Shown: in pieces, positions 56,899 through 64,000 of the stretch
Layout: each line of letters opens with the position of its first letter
Position numbering within the stretch: position 1 is the first letter of the stretch
Assembly (NCBI GenBank): GCA_963816145.1
Contig: CAWFJP010000013.1
Coordinates: 64,001-128,000 of the forward strand
Direction of reading: 5' to 3'
DNA length: 64,000 nt
DNA from: an uncultured delta proteobacterium
GTDB taxonomy: Bacteria > Desulfobacterota > Binatia > UBA9968
Program-made: the position numbers and the translations under genes
Notes under the pieces: model-generated
What the model saw: only the letters and a program-made list of their open reading frames with translations
Databases searched by the model: none
What the model was told of the DNA's origin: nothing

Positions 56899-57969
56899 AT
56901 GGCTCGGCGCAGCTGGCCGGTTTTATTCGCGGCGGTGATCGCTTCGGGTTTGTTTTTAGCAAGCCGGCCGGTGTTCGCCCAGGAGCCATTTTACAAAGGC
57001 AAGACCGTTCGCTTGCTGGTTAATTATCCTGCCGGAGGAGCCACCGATGTGGTCGCCAGGCTGGTCTCGAGATATTTGGGCAAGCATCTCGCCGGCAATC
57101 CTACGGTCGCGGTTCAGAACATGCCCGGCGGCGGGGGCAATGTCGGCGCCAACTATGTGTACGAGGTCGCCAGTGCCGACGGCTTGACCGTCGGAGTTTT
57201 CTCCGGCGGCTATTTGCCGCAGATCCTCGGCGGCGCCGGCGTGCGCTTTGATCTCAACAAAATGCCGATGATCGCGGGGGTCGGCGAGACCTCGGTGGTG
57301 TACATTCGCGCCGATACCGGGGTCAAAGGCCCCGGTGAAATTCTCAAACCGGCCAAGCCGATCGTCATCGGCGGATTCACCCGCGAGAGCAACAAAGATC
57401 TGGCGTTGCGGATGGCGCTCGATCTTCTCGGCGTGCCTTACCGTTACGTGACCGGCTACGCCGGCGAAGCCGACCTCCGGCTGGCCGTCCAGCGGGGCGA
57501 AATCAATTACACTTCCGAGGGTCTTACCGGCTATACCATGGGCGGCGCCTTGATGGCGCGAGAAGGTGTCGTGGTGCCGATCTATCAAGACGGTTTGACC
57601 GGACCCGATGGAGAGATCGTTCGCGATCTACGCGCCGACCTGCCGACGTTCAAGGAATTCTTTCGAGCGGCGAAGAAAGCCGATTTCTCTGGGCCTTTGG
57701 CCGACGCCTTCAAGATTTCCGGAGCGGTACGTAGTCTCGGCAGGTTTGTCGTCGCGCCACCGAAGACGCCGGCGACGGCAATCGAGACGCTGCATAAAGG
57801 TTTTCGCGAGACCTTTGACGATCCGGAATTCAAGGCGGAGGCGGAACGCGTGTTGCGATTCCAATTGGTGAGTTTTGTCGGCGAGGACGCGGCCAAGGTT
57901 AACACTGCGGTGTTTCGCGCCGCTACCGGACCGGTGCGGGAAGCCCTGCGAAAGATGACTCAGGAGTAA
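56899..57969 (+). CDS. TctC/Bug substrate-binding protein
   Basis: RBS GGAGG, signal peptide MARRSW; FYKGKTV, PAGGATD, QNMPGGGG. Confidence 0.88.
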   Translation: MARRSWPVLFAAVIASGLFLASRPVFAQEPFYKGKTVRLLVNYPAGGATDVVARLVSRYLGKHLAGNPTVAVQNMPGGGGNVGANYVYEVASADGLTVGVFSGGYLPQILGGAGVRFDLNKMPMIAGVGETSVVYIRADTGVKGPGEILKPAKPIVIGGFTRESNKDLALRMALDLLGVPYRYVTGYAGEADLRLAVQRGEINYTSEGLTGYTMGGALMAREGVVVPIYQDGLTGPDGEIVRDLRADLPTFKEFFRAAKKADFSGPLADAFKISGAVRSLGRFVVAPPKTPATAIETLHKGFRETFDDPEFKAEAERVLRFQLVSFVGEDAAKVNTAVFRAATGPVREALRKMTQE

Positions 57970-58171
57970 GCAGCGCACGAAAGTATCTTATCTCGGAATG
58001 TTGACGCCGGTTGAGAGATTGACTCGACGATCCAACGCGCCGGCTGGGTCATGGGTCAAGAGTTCAAATTTTGGCTCCATGATCTACCGGGCTCGATTTA
58101 TAGCGGTTCATCGGCAGGATCACGGCAAAAGACTTGCCGCAGGCAGGAAGTCTCATATCTCGGAGGTGCAT

Positions 58172-59272
58172 ATGAAACGCGACAAGCCCAAATGGCGGGT
58201 GTTTCGGCAAATATCTCTTCGCTCCGCATTTGGCGCGCCACTGCTCGGTCTTTGCTTTGATCTCTTCATGGCCGGCATTGCTTTTCCGCAAGCTTCTTTC
58301 TTCCAGGGGAAAACCGTTACCATCCTTGAGAGTAGCGCGCCAGGGGGAGTCGGCAGCATGCGGACCAAAGCCGTTGTGCCTTTTCTCCAGAAGTATATTC
58401 CGGGAAATCCCACCATTGTGATGCAGCACATGGACGGCGGCGGCGGACGCAAGGCGGCCAATCACATTTATCAATCGGTCCGTCCGGACGGCCTGACCAT
58501 TGGCCGTATGTCGACGCCATTCGTGATGCATCCCATTCTCGGAGAGAGTGGAATTCTCTATGACATCGATAAAGTGAGCTATCTGGGCACCAGCTATAGC
58601 GGCGGCTACCATGTTTTTTTCACGCGCCGGGAATCGGGCCTCGACAGTCTAGAGAAGCTTCGCGCGGCTTCAGGTTTGAGAATCGGTTCCCAGTCGGTCG
58701 GGCACCTGATCTACATCTCCGGTCGAATGTTTGCGTATCTGATCGGCCTAAAACAACCGAGATTCGTCACCGGGTACAACTCACCCGAACTCGATGTCGC
58801 CATCGAGCAGGGCGAGATCGACACTAGGTCAACCGTGGCAGACGCACTCCTGCACGAGAAACCTCAATGGGTCGACAAAGCACAGATGGACTTCCACAGT
58901 ATCATCGAGGTTCCGAAAGGGCGGAAACACAGCCACCCGCACTTTGCCAGACTCCCTGACATCGAGAGCTTTGCGAGTTCGGCCATGGACCGGAAACTCA
59001 TCGGGCTGTACCGGGCGTTCATCGGCAGCGGCAACCCGCTAATCCTGCCTCCCGGCACCCCGAAAGACCGAGTCCGCATCCTGCAGGAAGCGATGCGCAA
59101 GACTTATCGAGACCCCGAGTTTGGCAAGGAGTATGCAAAGCTCACCGGCCTAAAGGCTGAACCGCAAATGCCGGAGGAACTGGAGCAAACGATCAGAGAT
59201 ATGCCGCGCGACCGGGAAGCCGTAGAGCTGTTCAAAAAACTCACCGGCCCGGACCCGCTACCGCAGAGGTAA
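58172..59272 (+). CDS. TctC/Bug substrate-binding protein
   Basis: RBS GGAGG; FFQGKTV, YIPGNP, RPDGLTIG, PPGTPKDRV. Confidence 0.86.
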   Translation: MKRDKPKWRVFRQISLRSAFGAPLLGLCFDLFMAGIAFPQASFFQGKTVTILESSAPGGVGSMRTKAVVPFLQKYIPGNPTIVMQHMDGGGGRKAANHIYQSVRPDGLTIGRMSTPFVMHPILGESGILYDIDKVSYLGTSYSGGYHVFFTRRESGLDSLEKLRAASGLRIGSQSVGHLIYISGRMFAYLIGLKQPRFVTGYNSPELDVAIEQGEIDTRSTVADALLHEKPQWVDKAQMDFHSIIEVPKGRKHSHPHFARLPDIESFASSAMDRKLIGLYRAFIGSGNPLILPPGTPKDRVRILQEAMRKTYRDPEFGKEYAKLTGLKAEPQMPEELEQTIRDMPRDREAVELFKKLTGPDPLPQR

Positions 59273-59385
59273 AGAGCCGATAACTTTCACCCGGTGGTGT
59301 ATTCAGTCATGCGGAAGAAACCCAAAGCGCGCGAAGAAACGATTTGTTTTCTGCGGCCATCAGCGCGCGACGAGGAGGAACAAAT

Positions 59386-59943
59386 ATGACCGCCGAACCC
59401 GAAGGCCCTCGCGTAGGGACCATAGGCCCGGAGTTTCACATCGCCACGGCTGCTGGCTGGCTGCCGCTGCGTCAGTTGGCCGCGCAATATAAGAAACTGG
59501 TTCTCACGACCCAAGATAGTTACCGATATCATCCAAACTGAGCCGCCAGCATGGCTGCTTCGTTGAAGCAGGATTATGCAAAAATTCTCAAGGCGGGAGC
59601 GGACCTCGTCATGATCTCGCCCGATTCTCTTGACGAGCATCGTCAATATGGGCTGACACTCTTCGGCGAGGAACTCCCCTATCTGTTTGTTTCCGACAGC
59701 GACCTCGACATAGCGCGGCGCTACGGCCTGCTCCGTGGCGAAGAGCATCACCACGGCGGTTTTTATTATCGCTCGCTCTGGGTACTGGATCGTGACGCTG
59801 TTATTGCGCACAAGAGCGTTCCCTGGGACGGCAACGCGCAGGTTGAAGAGTACCTGAAATTATTCACACTCATTGGCAGCGAACCGGGAGAATGGCGAGC
59901 CACCTGTGGCTTGAGACAGCCAGGAAATTTGCCTGCGAGTTGA
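59386..59943 (+). CDS. Peroxiredoxin/AhpC-TSA-like protein with in-frame TGA at the peroxidatic position; probable selenoprotein
   Basis: RBS GAGGAGG; VG..GPEF...LVL...HPN-TGA(59539-59541)-AASMAA continues in frame to GADLVMISPDS, LPY..VSD.D..IARRYG, RSLWVLD. Confidence 0.78.
59549..59579 (+). promoter_or_regulatory. Candidate bacterial SECIS element
   Basis: CTGCTTC-GTT-GAAGCAG stem-loop (59555-59571) 13 nt after the TGA, with a lower GCAT/ATGC stem. Confidence 0.6.
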
Positions 59944-60008
59944 AATCGAGGGGACAAGGCAATCCCGCCTTACACGTTTGAGGGCGTGTGCGTAGCCGGG
60001 CAAATACC

Positions 60009-60683
60009 ATGTGGACATATATCGGCCAGAAGCGGCCGCCTTTCGCCATAACACCGGGGCTCGGACAGGAGTCGGTGTGGGATTATCCGCGGCCGCCAAA
60101 ACTGATTGCTGAGCAGCGGCGCATTGTCGTTCGGCGCGGCGATCTGCTGATCGCCGACTCGCGTGAAAGTTATCGCATTCTGGAGACCGCGGCGCCGCCG
60201 ACTTTTTACATTCCACCGCGCGATGTCCATGTCGAACTGCTGCAGCCGTTTCCCGGCACGTCGATTTGCGAATGGAAAGGCGCGGCGCAGTACTGGACAT
60301 TGGCAATGGCGACATCGGCGCGGGAAGCGATCGGCTGGAGTTATCCGCAGGCGCAAGCGCCGTACGGCGCGATTGCAGATTTCTTTTCCTTCTATCCCGG
60401 CCGTGTCGAGTGTTTCGTCGACGGCGAGCGCGTGCGCCCGCAGCCGGGTTATTTCTACGGCGGTTGGATAACTGATGAAATTGTCGGGCCTTGGAAGGGG
60501 GAGCCGGGGACGGTTTGGCAAAGAAGTGCCGCATGGCGGGACAACGTCCCGTGGTTACTCGTTGGAGCGGCTGCTTGTTATCTTGTCAGGCTTACTTGCG
60601 GCAATCGCCTTGAGCACCTCTTCGGCCACTACCCGGTGACCCGCTTCGTTGTAATGGCCGAAAACACCAAAAGGAAACAGTGA
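60009..60683 (+). CDS. DUF427 family protein, copy 1 (native stop lost, aberrant C-terminal extension; possibly a pseudogene)
   Basis: QESVWDYPRPP, LET...P.FYIP, CEWKG.A.YW, FYGGWIT; near-identical to 62972-63476 up to 60513. Confidence 0.7.
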   Translation: MWTYIGQKRPPFAITPGLGQESVWDYPRPPKLIAEQRRIVVRRGDLLIADSRESYRILETAAPPTFYIPPRDVHVELLQPFPGTSICEWKGAAQYWTLAMATSAREAIGWSYPQAQAPYGAIADFFSFYPGRVECFVDGERVRPQPGYFYGGWITDEIVGPWKGEPGTVWQRSAAWRDNVPWLLVGAAACYLVRLTCGNRLEHLFGHYPVTRFVVMAENTKRKQ

Positions 60684-62102
60684 CAAAGGGTCTTTCTGAG
60701 CGTAAAAGCCTTGGAGAGTATCCACAATCGAAACATTTGACGCACGCGCCGCTGTATTAATCAGCGCGCGCTCTTGGTCAAGTAGCGGTGATCTCGAACC
60801 AAATCGTTTCCAAGTGGGAAGGTAGACGAGGTGAAGCTTGCCACCCCATTCTCCGACACGTTTGTTCGCCCGGGCTAGAATATCACCGAACAGTCTTATG
60901 TTAGCATTGTCTAAGCCAGACAAGGTCTCGGCTTGCCGTCCGTAAACTAATCCTAATTTACTCCTCACCCTGTTAAACTTTATGGCGTCGACAATCGTTT
61001 TCAACTTATTATCCGGGGGACCCTCCACATGAGCCGCCTTTCCCCGGAACAGTTCCGCTTCCGAGTAGCTGGTGAGAGCTTTGTCGATGTCACTTTGACG
61101 GGATATCAGGCCCTGGTCGAAACCATCTTCCATATAGCGCATCGCTAGCTGGCTCTTGCGTTCATATTGCAAGTATTCGAGATCGATTCCTTCCAAATAA
61201 AACCAAAGAACAATCTCCGGCCTAAGATTAGTCAAGTATTCGTTAATCGCCCCGAGCTGCTTTAGGGGGCCTTCTCCAGAGAAGCCGAGATTGAGCGTGG
61301 CCGGATACTGTTTTCGAACGAGATCAACGAAATTCTTGCCTGCAGGAGCGCAAAAGCCCTGCACAAAGGATTGACCCAATGCCGTGATCTTCACCTGACG
61401 CGAAGACCAGATTCCACGAGGGTTATTAAATCCACGCTCGTCACTTTTGTAACTGGTGAAACTTCCCGTTTGATTACAGGCGATCGTTAGCTTGTCAGAG
61501 ATTCCACCCATAGGAATCAGTTCCGCATGGTTTACCTCAAGCTGCGACCGGATGCTGCCATCAGGCCGTTCTTCCATGAATCTGGTACCCACAAAGGGCG
61601 TAGCGTCGATACCCAGCGTTCGCAAGTCCGTAATTACGGTAGATATATGTCGAGTATCGAAATCAACGCCAGCCTGTCTTGCCATCATGAGGATACGTCG
61701 TTTCTGCTCTGATCCCGGTCCGAATCCCCAGTACGGCAACTCCGTTGCGACGTTTTCCCCGTGAGCCAAAAGCATTTCTCCTACCCACGCCAAAGTCAAA
61801 ACCCCGCCTAAGAAACAAGCGACTGCAAGTTTGTAAGCACGTTTAAGTCGAAGCGACAGAAAGAGCAAAACGCTGATAGAAACTGGAACAAACCGGTAAA
61901 GAAACCCACCGCCAACACCCGTAAACGACCGATTACGAAGCCAGTCATAGTGATAAAAAATATATAGAGCAACAAAAGCCGCGGCCGCGCCGCCCCCGGC
62001 CAAAACGGAATCGACTACTTTTGTCTTATTTGTCGAAACATTTCCTATTACACCATTCAGCATAGTTCGAACGAGTGATTGGGTTTTTGATGGGATATTC
62101 AT
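60555..62102 (-). CDS. Membrane-anchored SGNH/AlgX-like protein
   Basis: Three N-terminal hydrophobic segments; SDERGFNN, LGQSF..G, NLG..G.GP, GHYNE.GH; visibly lower GC. Confidence 0.7.
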   Translation of the reverse strand: MNIPSKTQSLVRTMLNGVIGNVSTNKTKVVDSVLAGGGAAAAFVALYIFYHYDWLRNRSFTGVGGGFLYRFVPVSISVLLFLSLRLKRAYKLAVACFLGGVLTLAWVGEMLLAHGENVATELPYWGFGPGSEQKRRILMMARQAGVDFDTRHISTVITDLRTLGIDATPFVGTRFMEERPDGSIRSQLEVNHAELIPMGGISDKLTIACNQTGSFTSYKSDERGFNNPRGIWSSRQVKITALGQSFVQGFCAPAGKNFVDLVRKQYPATLNLGFSGEGPLKQLGAINEYLTNLRPEIVLWFYLEGIDLEYLQYERKSQLAMRYMEDGFDQGLISRQSDIDKALTSYSEAELFRGKAAHVEGPPDNKLKTIVDAIKFNRVRSKLGLVYGRQAETLSGLDNANIRLFGDILARANKRVGEWGGKLHLVYLPTWKRFGSRSPLLDQERALINTAARASNVSIVDTLQGFYAQKDPLSLFPFGVFGHYNEAGHRVVAEEVLKAIAASKPDKITSSRSNE

Positions 62103-62971
62103 GAAGTTTAATTTATGTTTGATATTACTGACGTTCTAACCGCCTATGCGAGGGATTACATTCCATTTTGTAAGCGATCGCTTACGGGAAAGATAATGCT
62201 CAATCAAATGCAAACCTGAAACTTTCACACTAATGAAATTGCGGCTCGGCTAAAGAATCTTTTTACGGATCTAATGCGCCTGTGCTTTAACTTCCGCAGC
62301 GTCATCGAAGCGCGATCTCCGAAGCTATCAGAACGGCGATTTAACCTTTTTGGAATTGAGCCGAGCGACTGAACAAAAGCTGACAAAATCACTCCTCATT
62401 CGACGTAGCAGTCAGTTGTATCGTAAGATTCATATCATAAAATACCGTGCTGTTAAAAAGCTATCTGAAAACACAAACTGCTCGATAGTATAAATCGTCA
62501 CGTGAGGATAAATCTGGTCGGTCCGATGAGCGACTTTGTCAAGCAGCCCGCTTTCGGCTTAATGCTGACCAATGACTCCAACGTTGAAAATCTGTCTGTA
62601 TCGGCTGATATTGCAGTGCCGTCCACTTAGACTTCGGAGCTGATGCCACGCTAGTAATTTTCCAGACAGCTCGCGCTACATTTGTTGTAACGGCCTTACC
62701 TGATCTGCATACCGGCATGCTCAGGTCGGACACGAGAAATGACTTCATGATCGAGGGGTCGCGCCTGAGTATCGACTTGAACCGTCCGCCGAATCAGAAA
62801 AGTGTACAAAGAGAACAGAGCGTTTCAGCGTAATCTGAATATCGCAATTTCATGCCGCCGACGGGAGTTTAAAACATTTTGCTTGCATCGTCGTCGCCGA
62901 ATCGCCGAAGCGAAGATGCGTTCGGATTTGGCTTCCGAGGGCGTGTGAGCTAACCGCCCTAGCAATAAAAC

Positions 62972-63487
62972 ATGTGGGTTTATACCGGCCAGAAGCGGCC
63001 GCCTTTCGCCATAACACCGAGGCTCGGACAGGAGTCGGTGTGGGATTATCCGCGGCCGCCAAAACTGATTGCTGAGCAGCGGCGCATTGTCGTTCGGCGC
63101 GGCGATCTGCTGATCGCCGACTCGCGTGAAAGTTATCGCATTCTGGAGACCGCGGCGCCGCCGACTTTTTACATTCCACCGCGCGATGTCCATGTCGAAC
63201 TGCTGCAGCCGTTTCCTGGCACGTCGATTTGCGAATGGAAAGGCGCGGCGAAGTATTGGACATTGGCAATGCCGATATCGGGGCGGCAAGCGATCGGCTG
63301 GAGTTATCCGAAAGCGCGGCCGCCATACGGCGCGATTGCAGATTTCTTTTCCTTCTATCCCGGTCGCGTCGAGTGTTTCGTCGACGGCGAGCGGGTGCGC
63401 CCGCAACCGGGTTATTTCTACGGCGGTTGGATAACTGATGAAATTGTCGGGCCTTGGAAGGGGGAGCCGGGGACGGAAGGGTGGTAG
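62972..63487 (+). CDS. DUF427 family protein, copy 2 (intact)
   Basis: Same motifs as copy 1; ends GP.KGEPGTEGW-stop. Confidence 0.85.
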   Translation: MWVYTGQKRPPFAITPRLGQESVWDYPRPPKLIAEQRRIVVRRGDLLIADSRESYRILETAAPPTFYIPPRDVHVELLQPFPGTSICEWKGAAKYWTLAMPISGRQAIGWSYPKARPPYGAIADFFSFYPGRVECFVDGERVRPQPGYFYGGWITDEIVGPWKGEPGTEGW

Positions 63488-63621
63488 CCGGCGACGGTTA
63501 GAAAAATGCTGCCGCGGCTTTTTTCTTCCAGGCTATTAACTAATTCGACTCGGGCCGCGCGATAATCGAAACGAAAGTAAGTCGATACTCAGGCACGTCC
63601 GCAGTTGCCCGAAGTGGACGG

Positions 63622-63882
63622 TTACGCCGACGTGCTACGGGTCTGGAACTTCTGGTAGATCCACAGCAACAGAAACGCGCCGACAATCGAACCGATCCAA
63701 CCAGCGCCCTGGCCGGCCTCATACCAACCGATGGCCTGACCGGCGTACGTCGCGGCAACCGAACCGGCGATCCCGAGCAAGGTCGTCACAATAAATCCCA
63801 TATTCTCCTTGCCTGGCATGATGAACTTCGCAATCACGCCGACGACAAATCCGATGATAATGGTCGTTATTAAACCCCACAT
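63622..63882 (-). CDS. GlsB/YeaQ/YmgE (transglycosylase-associated) small membrane protein
   Basis: IIIGFVVG.IAK.IMPG, T.LLGIAGS, G.IGSIVGA.LLL; RBS GGAGG. Confidence 0.9.
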   Translation of the reverse strand: MWGLITTIIIGFVVGVIAKFIMPGKENMGFIVTTLLGIAGSVAATYAGQAIGWYEAGQGAGWIGSIVGAFLLLWIYQKFQTRSTSA

Positions 63883-64000
63883 GGTCGCCTCCTTTGCTGT
63901 TTACAGAGTTCTGGCGCGATAGTCTCTACCGCGCCTAAGCTCCAACCGCAATTTTAGTCTTTGCTCTTTATCGGCGCCGAACGGATTCTAACCCTGATCG

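Noticed and set aside
53356-59541. Genome-wide UGA reassignment to Trp or Gly
   Set aside because: TGA ends several full-length genes here (for example at 32182, 15132 and 59943), and both internal TGAs align with Cys positions
62539-62748. 69-aa minus-strand ORF with LVSDLSMP, faintly like a receiver domain
   Set aside because: Too short, and the rest shows no receiver-domain motifs

Overview
GC-rich bacterial chromosomal window with about 45 CDSs and no rRNA, tRNA, CRISPR array or transposase. The gene mix resembles Candidatus Binatia / uncultured 'Deltaproteobacteria' (an inference from gene content only). It holds 14 solute-binding proteins (4 TctC/Bug, 4 NMT1/SsuA-like, 6 AfuA/SBP_bac-like) but only one permease. 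Catabolic enzymes include amidohydrolases, family III CoA-transferases, acyl-CoA dehydrogenases, a crotonase, a VOC protein and an FAD oxidoreductase. There is also an M16 peptidase pair, alkA, and a 3,220-aa Calx-beta/DUF11 surface protein. Main observations: (1) Two redox genes that the ORF track splits, an AhpD/CMD-like gene (53116-53706) and a peroxiredoxin-like gene (59386-59943), read through an in-frame TGA at the catalytic Cys position. Each TGA is followed by a SECIS-like hairpin, so both are likely selenoproteins. (2) Gene junctions carry hairpin elements built from 3-4 tandem 7- or 9-mers plus their reverse complement, in about six different unit sequences. One run of genes has a different element at each junction, and one element appears to form part of a signal-peptide coding region. 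(3) A duplicated DUF427 gene flanks a lower-GC SGNH-like cargo gene, and one copy appears to have lost its stop codon by a 21-bp microhomology deletion.
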